Below are positions 24,451 through 37,830 of a stretch of 64,000 nucleotides of DNA, one piece after another. A program made the translations under genes and the position numbers. A model generated the notes under the pieces. The model saw only the letters and a program-made list of their open reading frames with translations. It searched no databases and was not told the DNA's origin. Positions within the stretch are counted from its first letter, which is position 1; every line of letters begins with the position of its first letter. The stretch lies in NCBI RefSeq assembly GCF_006345805.1, contig NW_021832120.1:186001-250000 (forward strand). Reading direction: 5' to 3'. Source of the stretch: Octopus sinensis (Eukaryota).

Positions 24451-25122
24451 TCTCGCCGTTAACGATTTTTCCTTGTTTTCTTTCGGTTTCTGTTTGCTTT
24501 TGATCAATAAACGACATTCTATTATATTCTAAAAAATCAAAAAGTTGTCTTTATTTTTGATAATAAATAAGCTAACTGTTTTCTGAATCTGTTATTTTCC
24601 CAATAAGAATACAATTTTTTCTCAACCAGGATCAGTTTCATTCCCAATCAAAAAAATGTTTTAATAATTAATAATTTGATTATCTCACTTATACGTTTTT
24701 GGCCAAGATAGGATCAAAAATTTGGATTTTTAGAATTATTTTATATACTATTACCGCATATGAAGAATTCTGTAACAAAAATTATTGTATTTAGGAAAAT
24801 GGCATCTAAATATAATTTTTATAAGCAGCAAAGCAATGATATGCAAACTAAAAAAAGCATTTAAATATTGGAAAATAAATATGTTTTTTGCCAAGAGTTG
24901 GAAGAACAAATGTATTTTTGAAAATGAATTGAATCAATGTTGACCTCTTTAGCCACCTAATAATTTTACCGCAATTAAAATTGTTAAAATATAATAAAAT
25001 CTTTTTACCGCAGTTAAAAAAATGTGAAAGAATTTCTTTAACAATAAAAGCCAAAAACCGGAAAAAGCAATTTAAAAGCTCATTAAAATGATTATATAAA
25101 CAGTTAAAAATGATTGTCAAAA

Positions 25123-27453
25123 ATGCTGATTTTAATTCTTTTTCTTTGGCTGAAAACTGGTTTAGAAGTATTGGTATAATAGTCTAGAATCTACAAATGG
25201 AGTAATCTATAACTTTGGCGGACATTCATATTCCTTATCTGTAGAAAAAACGGCTGGCTATAATTATGAATATTCATGTCCGTCAAACTGGTATCCAGTC
25301 GACATAACAAATCAAACAGAAAATGACGTTTTAGCAAGTAAATAATAAACTAAATTTCAAGGTGTTTTGAGAGAAAATCACCTTATTGGAGTGGATTACA
25401 GTTGGTGGGATGGAGCAGCAGTAAGCATGCATACCGGAAATGATTTGGTATTTGTTAAACTAGTAAAATAAAAGACATATTCAAACTTCAAGAATAGATA
25501 CGGTTGGTTTGATGCAGTCGCGTTAGAAGCGCATACCAGTAAATGGATAGGCGTATCTTCTTATTGGAGAAAATTCTACTACATCTGTGAATCAGGTTAA
25601 AATAATGACTTTATTATGAACAGATACAATTTCTTCCAACGGAATTAATATAACCAAAGCAAAAATCATAAACAGTAGAAGTATTATTCAACCTTTTAGT
25701 AAATCCTGACGATGTTTTTACATTTCGCAAGCATACATACTATATCTATTACGCATATCGGACTTATTCAACAGCCAGACGAATATGTAACAACGATCAC
25801 AATGGATATATATTCATTCCCAACGATGGCGAAGAAAACTGTGCTTTTCACAGTATATATACTGTCGTGTTAAATCATTTGTATAGATTATCTTAAAGGA
25901 GACGTATATCTTGGAATTACAAATTTTAATAACAAAATTTTCACTGAAAAAAATTATGCTGCTGTAATAATAATATTTAAGTCTATAGAAATATCTCCCC
26001 TGGGCTCCTTACAATCCGACAACAAAAGAATGTGTATCTCGTTCATTCCTTAACGGAGAATTTATAAGCAGTGATTGTGACGACAAAAAATATGTAATTT
26101 GTGAAACAGGTCAGCAGATCTAAAGTTAATTTTTAGATGCAATATATGAAAATCCAACATATGTATCATGCAATAGCACCGATTTAAAATGTATGCAATT
26201 GATTAATATCCAGTCTATTTCGCGCAAATCTTTACTTACAACGAATCCGTTTATTATATTTATGACATGCCAATGCCTTTCGATGAGGCGTTGGAAGTAT
26301 GTGAATTTAGAAAGGCACAACTGTATGTTCCTAGAAACGAATTTGAGAATTGTCTATTTACTGGTTTTTCGTAATAATTGTTATATAAGAAAATGTTGAA
26401 TATACGGTTGCATTAAATTTTGGAGAATATTTTGTTCGCGGGATAATGAGTCCATTAAATATATCATATTCAGTAAAAAAATATTTATTAAATAAATAGA
26501 ATTTTACAAACTGGGCTCCTGGATATCCAGTTTGGATTAAAAATACTGATAACACTTGCGTTTATCAAAACTATAAAACAGGGAAATGGGAAAATAGAAT
26601 ATGCACAGATTCAAGATATGCCTGTGTGAGAAACAACGATTCAGGTGATAATTAAAAAAATAAATATGTAATAGATATTAGGACAAATGCAATATCGAAC
26701 TGTAGAAGCATGAATGGAAGTTTAAACTTTATTTATAACATTAGTAAATCCTTCACATCAAGTGGCCGTTGAATATGGTGGGACTGAATATATACTATTC
26801 GCAATTCCAATGACATTTTATGAAGGCCATATGCTATGCGATAGTATGAATAAACAAGTCATTAATCCAACATCCCAAGATGTCGTAGATTTTATAAATA
26901 ATAGTTAATTATTTTATCATTCGATTTTAGAAATTGTAAATCAGAGTTTTTACATTAACAATCGAATAACGTGGGATGATAACATAATAATGTATGATGA
27001 CGGTCCATTATTGGTATACATAAAATAGTTGATTTAGATGACACCGAATTGGGATGTACATCAACCTCATGTCATTGATGAAATGATGGCTTGTATCAGC
27101 ATTAATCACAATGGAACTTGGAAAACAGATTATTGTGGAGAATATAAAATTCCGGTGTGTTCTAGCAAAGATTCGACCTACACAACTAGCAGTATTTTAA
27201 TGTCAAAGTTGAACTTTAAAAAGGAAGCACTGCTCGAAAAGCAGGAATGGGAGTTGGGATATTTATTGCAATAGCTGCAATTGTGGGAATTTCAGTTGGA
27301 TTATTTATATTTCTTCGGTTGAAATTCTTTTTATTTACATTTTAGGAAAAAAAATCTGACTATGAACAGTCTGAAATCTTTTGGAAGCTTTAGAACAAGT
27401 ACATTTTTTATTTCACATGTATAGAGCGAAGTTTCTCCGGAACTTTCGAATAA
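25123..27453 (+). CDS. Type I membrane protein with signal peptide, four C-type-lectin-like domains, TM helix and short tail; copy 2 (intact, 19 exons, ~610 aa)
   Basis: 18 GT-AG introns of about 23-34 nt give an open frame: MLILILFLWLKTES.., domains ending YICE, YVICE, YACVR and IPVCS, motifs LPWAP and FTNWAPGYP, TM GVGIFIAIAAIVGISVGLFIFL, tail RKKNLTMNSLKSFGSFRTKRSFSGTFE. Confidence 0.9.
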
Positions 27454-27999
27454 ATTATTTAGCTATTACTATTTCTTTAATCTCTATTTTTATTAATCTG
27501 ATTTAAAATTATTCACAAAAATTCTCTTTTGGAAATAAAGATATTTTTAATGGTTTTAGCCTCCCTTGTCAAGAAATTCCCGTTTTATATTTAGCCGAGT
27601 TCTTTCAGAGACACTTTCGTAGTTTTCTTAAAAGAAAATCAATGGATATAAGAATGTATGCACTCATATATACCAGATTTGTAAGTATCGTATTTGGTGA
27701 CCATACATTTAAACTATTATTCAATTTTTATCGCTAAATTAGAGTCAACTGAATTATCTCATTATGAGTCCAGCAAAAATAGTGGAAATTACACTATTTA
27801 ATTAAGGTTTTCACTCCTTATTGTTGGAGATCATTCTTCTCTTTCTAGGGAAAGAATTTTCTGCTAGTCCCTCGCTCTCCCCGGACAAAGTTTTTAGTGA
27901 ACCCTCGCAAATTTCCCATTTTTGGTACATGAAAATGTTATGATCAATTTAGACACGTTTAAATTTAATTATAATTTAATCCCCAATTCGTGTTTATTT

Positions 28000-28720
28000 C
28001 CCTTTTTAGGTTAGCTTTATATCTTTTATTGCTGTAATGAGGGAAATATCATTTTCTGCATTACAGTAAAGTTCCATTTCTATTCCAGTTAATATTCTTC
28101 CAATGTCTTTTCAATCAAATGGATATATGATTGTTGTATCTTCGTCGCTACTTTCATACTCTTGATCCTCTTGTATACAAATTTCGTGTATGTTTTGATC
28201 TTCTCTGTATTCGAAATCAAAAAACTCTTTACTCATTAAATGATCAAAAATATCAGTTCCTTCAATTTCAGTATCATAGTATTCAATCATTAAATTTTCG
28301 AGATTAGATTCATTTAAATCTTAAAAGAATTTTGAATGATTTCAGTAGATACGTCTCTCAACCCATATTAACAAACAAAATTGCATCTTTTAATGTCAAT
28401 TTTTTGTATGAATTTTATACAGAAACATTTTAAGTTTCAAGCAAATCAGTTAAGTATTGTAGCTTTCTTCTCATGAAATAAGCATTGAATGTTTTGATAA
28501 TTCCATATCCATTGGTTGTACTAATCCAGTAGAATTTTTAGGAAAAATAAAATGTCTCGGCATCTTTTTGTGTAATTTTAACATTCTGAAATCATATCTC
28601 TTTTTGAATTTTTCCAGAAATCCGTTAGAATTTTTAAAGTTAATAAGTTGTAACTCTTCGGCAAAATGCGCAGCCTTACACGATATTAAGGAATCATTCA
28701 AAAAACCGTAGTGGTGTTCC
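28000..28720 (-). mobile_element. Internally deleted Tigger-like remnant
   Basis: FKNSNGFLEKFKKR fused to FPKNSTGLVQPMDM, then an acidic C-terminal segment. Confidence 0.7.
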
Positions 28721-28721
28721 A

Positions 28722-28970
28722 TTGCGAGATTTGCGGGAGTTTTCCTCGGGAGCGATGGGTGCACAGACGGCCAAGTTTCTTATGATAGCAGCGTCTTGGC
28801 CCCAAAACACAGGAAGTCTCTACGGCAATTGCCCAAAATCAAAATCGATCGCGCAAATCCTCGTATTTTGTCAGTTTTGTGGATTCGGCCTTCTCGGCCG
28901 ACGAACCTAGGTCGCCAAATTGTGAAATTAGAAGGGTCCCTTTGCGAAAGAGTCGGCACAGGTGAGTCCC
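28722..28970 (-). mobile_element. CRE-like retrotransposon 3' (RLE) fragment
   Basis: GSSAEKAESTKLTKYEDLRDRF and AIAVETSCVLGP. Confidence 0.78.
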
Positions 28971-28979
28971 AAAAAAGGC

Positions 28980-30150
28980 ATATTCATTTATAGCATAGAA
29001 CAAGCTGACCGAATTTAGCTTTTTGTTGGAAAGCATTGTTATACTTTTTTTAGCATTTTCAAAGATGGAATCCATAACTTTATTCTTGAAGATATTACTT
29101 TCTTCATTCTCAAATACACCCAAATAACAATATCCTTTGACTCCTTCAAACGTCTCACGACAAGATAACGATTTAACATTTTACGCGGACTTTTCTGAAT
29201 TTATCTCCAAATTAACAATTTTGAAAAATCCATCAACAGTTTTCATTATTTTGATACTACACGTTCGTTAAAGGGGAAATATCTTTAGATCGTCAATGAA
29301 GAACAAATGATTCGTAGAATAGGACAACATATTTGGGTCCTCCTGACTAATCTGGACTTTTGGAAATATAGAGTTAAAAATCTTACTCAGAAGGTCCATT
29401 ACCATAAAAATAGTTGCGGGAATAATGAGTTTCTTTGTAGAATTACTCGGCTTAGCTTTATAGAAAAAATCCTTCTTCTGCCAATATGGAGCTTCGCAGT
29501 CCACATTTGTACAATACTTTTCGCCAAGTTTACAATACAAACAGGTATCTCGGGAATAATCCATCACATGAAATAAAAAGTCATGATCAACAGAATCAAA
29601 AGCCTTCTTGACATCCACCAATGCAGAGTATAGCCCATTTCCATACTCTTAACTTAGGCACTAGTCAATAAGGTCCTGCTCTCTAGCACCCTGACACTGT
29701 CTCCACGTGCCAAGTTGATTGCTGAAAATTAACACAAATGCATCAACGAACTCAGACAGTTCTCCATTAACACATTTGGTAACTAACTTAATCTTTTGGG
29801 ATCTCATACTAGTATAAAACCGTCTTCCCAATATAAAACCAGCTTTCGGAGATGTAGTCCCCATTGATTATTCTGTTAATCTCAACAAATAAGAATCCAA
29901 TCTTTTATCAAAGCGTATGACATTTTTTTATTGTTCCCTGATAAATTTCTGTAAAATCTTCTCAGGTTTAGTTAAAGGCAAACATTATATTTACGAAAGT
30001 CCTTCCTTGAGTTATTATACACAAATATTTGTTTTTTCTTAATTCTGATTAGGTCATTCAGCAAGGATTCGATCCTTGAAAGCTCTTCTTTATTGACTTT
30101 TTATATCTGTAACAACATAGAACATTCATCACATTTTTTTTCATTTCAAG
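28980..30150 (-). mobile_element. Decayed non-LTR reverse transcriptase (R4/Dong-like by motif)
   Basis: QGAREQDLID, VDVKKAFDSVDH, NHLFFIDDLK, GYCYLGVFE and KKLNSVSLFYAINEYA, in order, over several frames. Confidence 0.7.
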
Positions 30151-31410
30151 GCATAGCTTGCCTTATTATTATTATTTTAACCCAAGAATCACCAACAGTT
30201 AATTAGGGTAATTAATTAGGTGATTCCAACAATCCTCAAAATCTTTCTCAGCTTTTCCCGATGTTGGACTCTGGACCCAACGCAAGTGCGGGACGGGCGG
30301 GGAGCAGTTTTTGTGAGTAATTGGATCGGGGTGATGTGCTTCTGGTTGTTAAAGTCTTTTGGCAGGTGGTCTTGTTGGATGGCTAAGAAACCCTTTCCAT
30401 CTTTCTTAATAAGTTGGTCAAGCGGAGTTGGGGTAATGTTGTTCAATTTGGAAATTCTCGTTATGCTAGTCGCGGCTCGGCATAGTGTAGTCTCAATTTT
30501 GAGGCGGTTAGACCATGAGAGATTAGAACCCCAAGCGGCGCAGGCATAGCCAATTGTTGGTTCGATGAATTGTTTGTAGAGAGTGCCGAGAGCCGGGAAA
30601 GGTGTCTTTAGTCCACCAAAAATCGATTTGATTAGTCCAATCTTTCTCTGACTGGATCCGATGGCCTTCTCTAAATGGGCAGTAAAACACATGTGGGTGT
30701 CAAAAGTGACCCCCAGAATTTTAGGGTTCTTCGTGAATGGGATTTTTTCGTTGTCCAGAAAAAGATCAATAGTAAGGCTTCCAAGTCTCTTGTCCGACGT
30801 AAATAGGGTAGTGGACGATTTTTCGGGGGAGATGTTCATCCTGTTTTGATATAGCCAAATTCAAATTTGTAATAAGAGATCTTGTGTTCTTTTGGAAGCT
30901 TTCGAGAGGTCTTGGTCACGTGATCCAGTGAGTAGGTCGTCAGCGTAGGCGAGAATGATTGAGTCTTCCATTTCAGGGTTAGGAATGTCGGATAGGTATA
31001 AATTGAATAGAGCAGGAGAGAGGGGGAGCCTTGGGAAACTCCGTTTGGAAGTAATCTCGAGATTGATTTGATTCCATTCAGGCATACACGCGCTCTCCTT
31101 CCGCTGAGGAAATTCGAAAGCCAGAGTTTTAGTTCGAGTCGATAAATAGGCCGAATATTTTTTGAGTCAGTATCTTTCTAGAGACCGAATCAAAGGCCTT
31201 CTGAAGATCGAGTGAGCATACAATTGATTTGAGATGAGGTCTAGTTGCAAAACCTTCCATTATAAACTGGGTTAATGTGGTAAGATGTGTCGAGGTAGAG
31301 AAGTTACTCCTGAAGCCATGTTGGATATGAGTAAGGGGGAGAATAGGGGTGATCAAATCGAGAATTAGTTTTTCAAGAATCTTTGTAATCTTAATAATAA
31401 AATGGTATGG

Positions 31411-31442
31411 TGTGTGTCTGTCTGTCTGTCTGTCTGTCTGTG

Positions 31443-31473
<31 letters not shown>

Positions 31474-31478
31474 GTGTG
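31411..31478. repeat. (TGTC)n microsatellite near the Helitron 5' end
   Basis: Run of TGTC units with TGTG interruptions. Confidence 0.95.
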
Positions 31479-31504
31479 CACACAACTTCAAATTGGCAAT
31501 ACGA

Positions 31505-32860
31505 TGTCCTCGACTTACATGATGAGGTCCTTAAAACCTTCCCCCCAAAAAAATTAAAAAATTTTCTGCATTTTGGTTAAAATGAACAACTACAATGTCC
31601 TCGACTTACATGATGAAGTCCTTAAAACCTTCCCCCCCAAAAAAATTAAAAAAAAATTTTCTGCATTTTGGTTAAAATGAACAACTACAATGTCCTCGAC
31701 TTACATGATGAAGTCCTTAAAACCTTCCCCCCCAAAAAAATTAAAAAAAAATTTTCTGCATTTTGGTTAAAATGAACAACTACAATGTCCTCGACTTACA
31801 TGATGAAGTCCTTAAAACCTTCCCCCCCAAAAAAAATTAAAAAAAATTTTCTGCATTTTGGTTAGAATGAACAACTACAATGTCCTCGACTTACATGATG
31901 AAGTCCTTAAAACCTTCCCCCCCAAAAAAAATTAAAAAAAATTTTCTGCATTTTGGTTAAAATGAACAACTACAATGTCCTCGACTTACATGATGAAGTC
32001 CTTAAAACCTTCCCCCCAAAAAAATTAAAAAAAATTTTCTGCATTTTGTTTAAATGAACAACTACAATGTCCTCGACTTACATGATGAAGTCCTTAAAAC
32101 CTTCCCCCCAAAAAAATTAAAAAAAAAATTTTCTGCATTTTGGTTAAAATGAACAACTACAATGTCCTCGACTTACATGATGAAGTCCTTAAAACCTTCC
32201 CCCCCAAAAAAATTAAAAAAAAATTTTCTGCATTTTGGTTAGAATGAACAACTACAATGTCCTCGACTTACATGATGAAGTCCTTAAAACCTTCCCCCCA
32301 AAAAAAATTAAAAAAAAATTTTCTGCATTTTGGTTAAAATGAACAACTACAATGTCCTCGACTTACATGATGAAGTCCTTAAAACCTTCCCCCCAAAAAA
32401 ATTAAAAAAAAATTTTCTGCATTTTGGTTAAAATGAACAACTACAATGTCCTCGACTTACATGATGAAATCCTTAAACCTTCCCCCCCAAAAAAATTAAA
32501 AAAAAATTTTCTGCATTTTGGTTAAAATGAACAACTACAATGTCCTCGACTTACATGATGAAGTCCTTAAAACCTTCCCCCCAAAAAAAATTAAAAAAAA
32601 TTTTCTGCATTTTGGTTAAAATGAACAACTACAATGTCCTCAACTTACATGATGAAGTCCTTAAAACTTTCCCCCCCAAAAAAAATAAAAAAAAATTTTC
32701 TGCATTTTGGTTAAAATGAACAACTACAATGTCCTCGACTTACATGATGAAGTCCTTAAAACCTTCCCCCCAAAAAATCAAAAAATTATTTTCTGCATTT
32801 TGATTAAAATGAACAACGTGAATGTCCTCGACATTCATGATGAGGTCCATTAAAACCTTC
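31505..32860. repeat. Tandem satellite, ~95-bp unit, 14 full copies plus a partial one
   Basis: TGTCCTC(G/A)AC recurs at 31505, 31596, 31691, 31786, 31881, 31976, 32068, 32163, 32258, 32353, 32447, 32541, 32635, 32730 and 32823; units differ mainly in homopolymer length. Confidence 0.97.
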
Positions 32861-33076
32861 AAGGCAAAATCTCACGTATTAAGAATATCCTTGATGAAAA
32901 CGACAGCGAGAATATTAACAATGATGAACTCCCAATTATTCGCGATAAAGAAATTCAATTCATCCTATGTTTTTCTCTTTAAAATTAAATGCATATATCA
33001 TTATCGACCATGAATCAAAATTAAAGCTATTATCATATTGACTTTGACAGAATGTGCAATCACAGATTGCACGACT

Positions 33077-33273
33077 TTGAATAGAGTGTGCAAGTAACAG
33101 ATTTAGAAAAACCACTTTGATAGTTGAAACCACATTAGCACAATCATTAACACAATTTACCACCAATTGACGCACGACCTTGAATAGAGTGTGCAATTAA
33201 CAGATTTTGAAAAACACTTTGATAGTTGAAACCACATTAGCACAACCATTAACACAATTTACCACCAATTGAC
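33077..33273. repeat. ~104-bp direct duplication inside the Helitron
   Basis: TTGAATAGAGTGTGCAA..CACAATTTACCACCAATTGAC occurs twice in tandem. Confidence 0.85.
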
Positions 33274-35419
33274 AGCGCAATCAGAAGAATTTGCGTAAAA
33301 ATATTAACTATTTACTTGAGTTTTTCGTAAAGATAGAATTTATTTTCGGTATGCCTCTTTTCCTAAACTTTTTTATTATTCAAAAATAATTTTTTAAATA
33401 GATAACCGAAGGAGGAAAAACGAAGCTGAAGAAAAAACGGTCAGCTTAATAAGGTAATTAATTAAATCTTTTTTGTGTGTCGCTTTCTTGCCTGCCGCAT
33501 TTCCGCCTGCCGTATCTCCCCCTGCCCCATTTCCGCCAGTAAAAAATAAAAAAAGGAAATTACAAAGGAAAAATGAAAAAATTAAATATAAAAAAAATAA
33601 ACCACAAAAAATGAAAAAAAAAGTTTGCAATGACAATAAACAAGGCCCAGGGACAGTCATTAAAGTAGTTGGGTTATTTTTAGAGAGTGAGTGCTTTTCA
33701 CATGGACAGCTGTATGTGGGATGCTCGAGGGTAGGCAGAAGAGAAAATTTATTCATATATGCCAAGGAAGGACGGACGACAAACATCGTTTATCAACAGG
33801 CGATAGAATAGGGTTACATTAAACCAGGTAGTTTTATACATCTACATAAACTTATAGTTGTTTGATGAAACAGGCCCTCCGCAGGAGCTAGGTCGCGGTG
33901 AGCGAAGCGAGCTGCCGAGCTAGTTGAACATAAAAGTGAAATGGGTCTGTAGGAGGAGGGGACGTTCTTCGGTCGACCCGGCTTGAGAATTGGGCGTATA
34001 AGAGAATTTTTCCATATATTTGGTATTTGATTCTGGTTAACGGAATAGTTGAAAATGTTAGTCATTGCATCAATTCCGATGGGACCAAGGTGCTTTAGCA
34101 AGGTTGTTGGGATCAAGTCTGGTCCACAGGATAGGGATGATTTTGTACTGGTAATCACTGCTGCAACTTCAGCAGGGGATATATAGGTCCGTGGGTTTGG
34201 TTTCTTTGGTTTATTGTTTACATAATGAGCGTTTATCTTTAGATAATTCTTGTGGCTGATTCCGGCGTAGAATTTCATGAGTTTACTCAATTCAGATTGA
34301 CTTTTCTGTTCGGAGTCTTTGCAATAGTTGGCGGGTCTGAACTTTTTGAGTGTGTTCCACATGTGTTGGGTAGATTTTTCCTTATCAAGAGTTTTGATTT
34401 GTTTTTCCCATCTTCTTCTTTGGGATGCTTTCAGTTTCTTAGAAATTATATCATTTAGGTTCTTTATTTCTTTTCTTCCTCCAGGAATAGAAATTGGATT
34501 CTTTTTAAGAAAGTTTCTTTTCCTGATAAGGATTTTTGTCTCCTAGTCGAGATTTTGTTCGAAGTGATGAAAAGTGCATTTTGGGATGAATAGTTTTCTA
34601 CCCAGCAAGATCGCCTCATTTAGGTGCTTGACAGCTCCGTCGATTGATTTGAACAGTTTAGTATCAAAGTTTTGTAGCAGTGCGTCAGTGAAGTTGGCAT
34701 ACCCCTCCCAGTTTGCGTTCTTGTAATTGAAAAAGTACATAGCTTTGTTCGTACGGGGAAGGGCTTTTTTGATGATGATTGGATTGTGATCTGAATTAAG
34801 ATCGTAGTCTACTGTCCATGAAATGGCTGAGGATAGGTTAGTTAAGGATAGTGTAATGTCCGGGGATGTTAAGCGTTCGGTATCCTTATAAGGTGTCCTA
34901 GTGTGGGTCTTCGGATTGTTGAGGAAAGACATGACAGAGAGTTGTTCCAATAGAGACCATCCTCTTGAGTCTGCCCGTTAAGATTTAAGCCAAGTCGGAT
35001 GCTTTGCGTTTAAGTCTCCGCAAATTAAAAGGTTCTTTAAATTGGATAGCTTTGAGAAGTTTGGATTGAATCCCTTTGGACGGAGGGGGTGGAACATATA
35101 TGTTGGCAATAGTGGTCTTTCCAAATTTAGTATTCAGCGTGATTGGATTCATCTCGACATCGCTCGAAAGCAGAATACTCAAGCCTTTTGTCCATCGGGT
35201 GCTGAGAGCCCGGGATTGTCGTCTGGATAATTCCAGCTGGGAAGAGTGAATGGTTCTTTTGTCGAATGCTTTAGGAGCATTCTGTGCGCCTCCAGATTTG
35301 CAATAACTGGTGAACCACATAACGCAATAAACACGCTCTTATGTAACAATTTAAAAGTTCTGCAGATAATTTTAAATTAATTACTATTTTTGTTTTATTT
35401 TCAGTTTTTATTTTTTGTT

Positions 35420-36200
35420 TTAATTATGGATTACGAAACTAAATCGAAAATTGCTAAAGAACTTTTGAAGAACAATCTATTTATTTAAATAAATAAATAA
35501 ATAAGAACAATCTATCTCGTATTGTATTGTACTTTCTACTGTACTCCTGTATATTGTTCTTTTCTTATTCACCGGCAATACTAGTTCAGAGCTTTATGAG
35601 ACATTTAACGGTGATAAAGAAAAATTTTATGATTAAGTCATAAATATTTTAAAACTTCGGGTCTATAAAATTCCGATTTTAGGCTCTATTTTTGAAAAAA
35701 AGTTGCGTTAATTATAGCTTCAAAAATTGGATTTACTTTTTTAAAGCTTCTAATGGCTGGCTTGATAGATTTAAAATTACGACATTACTTGACAATGCGG
35801 GATGCACAAAATTGTTGAATGTTCAAATATTGAATTATTATTTTTACCGAAAAATAAAACTTCCTTTATACAACTTTTGGATATGGGAATAATAAAGGCT
35901 TTTAGAAATGAATATTCAAGTTTTTTAATGGAATTTTTGTGTTTTTAAAATGTCGAAAATGATTTTATCCTTTTATTTCAACATTAAACTTGCGTCATGA
36001 TGCTAATTTAAAAAGGCTGAGAGAAAATAGATGTGGAATGTATTTTTAATTGCTGGTAGAGAATCTATAAAACACTGATTCTTATGCAACAGAGTGTCTA
36101 ACAGATCAACATCTAAATCATGTTGTAGACGAAACAATTAAAGCAGAATATGAAGAGTCCGACAATTATATTTATAATGGATTTTCGAAAACTGAGAATT
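35420..36200 (+). mobile_element. Internally deleted Tigger-like remnant
   Basis: FFKASNGWLDRFK fused to LLDNAG; acidic tail. Confidence 0.6.
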
Positions 36201-36394
36201 CTGAAAATATCTCATTGGAACAAAAAATCTTCATAATAATTTAGAAAAAAAGATTTTACATGTTGCACAGAAAATCCTCTGACATTTTTACGATTTTTGA
36301 CTAAAATTGACGAATCCGACAAAACTCTAAAACAGAAAATAAAGTTTATTTTAAAAAAAATAAGAAAATAAAAAAGTCCAGGAAGATAGACGAG

Positions 36395-37330
36395 CTCGAT
36401 CTGCGCGCATTGCCAGAGAACGGTTAGGTCCCGGCCAAACATCGGTTTTTGGACCCATTGAGTCCATCTCTAGGGACCTCTCACATTTTATCTCTACCCT
36501 CGGACACCTCAGGCTAAAATTAAATGAAGGAAAATGCGGACTTTTGAATATCAACTATCCTCAGACAAATTTCTCGATTTGAGAAAATCAATAACCAATA
36601 TCATCCCCGGAGTTCAAACTACCAACATGTCCAAAGTCACATCCTTCGGCCCATTTTGGCCTAAGGGCCCGCCTGGTGAAGAAGGACCTAGAATTCCGTG
36701 ACCTTAAAAACAGGCTTCTGATATCCGACTCGCACATTGCCTTCTTCCTCGTGAAAAGCAGAATTCACATGCCAAAACTGATATACAAGCTCCGCTGCCT
36801 GCCATGCTACTCCCATCTTGACATGCTATCTTCATGGAAACCTCCCTGAAATGGTCCATGGAAGCAGTTATGAACTTCGCCTTTGACGAAATCGATTGGA
36901 CCCAAAGAAAACTTCCCGTCAGGTTTGGAAAGACCGGCCTCCGGTCTCCCAAAGACCTGGCGCCGTATGCCCTCTGAAATGTGAAGACAGAGGGATTGGG
37001 CGATATATAGGCAGCACACTTCGTTTTCATATTTCAGCCCCTACTGGACCAACATTGCCTAGTGTGCTTGCGTTCCGCAACATATAATAAAAATGGCTCC
37101 TAGCTCGACGCCTTCCCGCTGGGATTGGAGTTACTTTCCGGTTGGGTCTTGACATCTGCAGGCCTCATCGGTGTCGATGCGGAGGTATGGTGGATGGGAA
37201 AGGTCTGCACCCCTTCTCGTGCCGCCGGAGCGTAAGCCGCTCGCCTCGTCACGGGGCACTCAACGACACTCAATGCTGCCGGTTTCCCGAATGTACTTAA
37301 ACTAGCCGGTCTGACAGAAGGAACGGCAAA
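36395..37330 (+). mobile_element. Decayed CRE-like retrotransposon fragment
   Basis: VFGPIESISRDL..LKLNEGKC, MPKLIYKLR, DWTQRKLPVRFGKTGLRSPKDLA, RHGALND and LNAAGFPNV in element order. Confidence 0.75.
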
Positions 37331-37469
37331 CTTTAAAACTAAGGTTAAAATAAATGATTATTTGGTTATAAATGTTATTTGATGTTTATTATTGGTTTAA
37401 TTTAAAAAAGAATAACAAACCATTGTTTTGGGACACCCCGAGTTTGGGGGACTTGGTGGCCTATTTGCC

Positions 37470-37830
37470 GTTCGGACTGTAGTTGGTTCCCCACAAAGGA
37501 ATACGGGGATACCCGTATTATTTATCTGGAAAAAGCTTTGAGAGATCTAAAAGAAAAAATCGAAAGTCTGAACAGTCACTTGGTGGAACTCATTTACGCG
37601 GATGATGTTTATTTTGTCGCGGAAAATCTGGAATTTATAGACATTATTATGGAGAAAGCAAAAACAATTTTGAGCAAACTGTCTCTAAAGTCAATGAAAT
37701 AGAACAGAATATTGAACAAATGCCTATTCGCGTGGAGACGTAAAGGAACACCCAAAACTCGGTTCTTTACTTGGCAACTCAAAAGATATTAAACGGCGAA
37801 AAATATTGGCCACAATAACTCTCAAAAAAT
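37470..37830 (+). mobile_element. RTE-like RT fragment
   Basis: YLEKALRDL..ELIYADDVYFV, similar to the element at 53230-54960. Confidence 0.65.

Larger units (their letters stand above)
31389..33923 (+). mobile_element. Non-autonomous Helitron
   Basis: A|TC start and CTAG|T end with no TSD; GC-rich subterminal segment before CTAG; Pif1-like helicase C-terminus CFSHGQLYVGCSRV at ~33690-33811. Removing it restores the LINE frame ISLLCSITKILEKL. Confidence 0.9.
30165..35330 (-). mobile_element. APE-RT LINE of the same family as 19372-22186, frameshifted and split by a Helitron
   Basis: APE pieces at 34543-35320; RT at 33924-34362 and 30216-31388; (TAA)n tail at ~30165-30180; C-terminus PRPSRTCVGSRVQHREKLRKILRIVGIT parallels PRPHRNCAGTREEHRAKLRTLLKEAGIT. 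Confidence 0.88.

Noticed and set aside
31505-32860. CRISPR array
   Set aside because: Units are near-identical over their full ~95 bp with no unique spacers, there are no cas genes, and the array lies inside a Helitron.
33473-33640. Pro/Ala- then Lys-rich N-terminus of ORF 33473-33811 as a real protein
   Set aside because: Made of short GC-rich repeats and A-tracts inside the Helitron; only the last ~55 codons are helicase-like.
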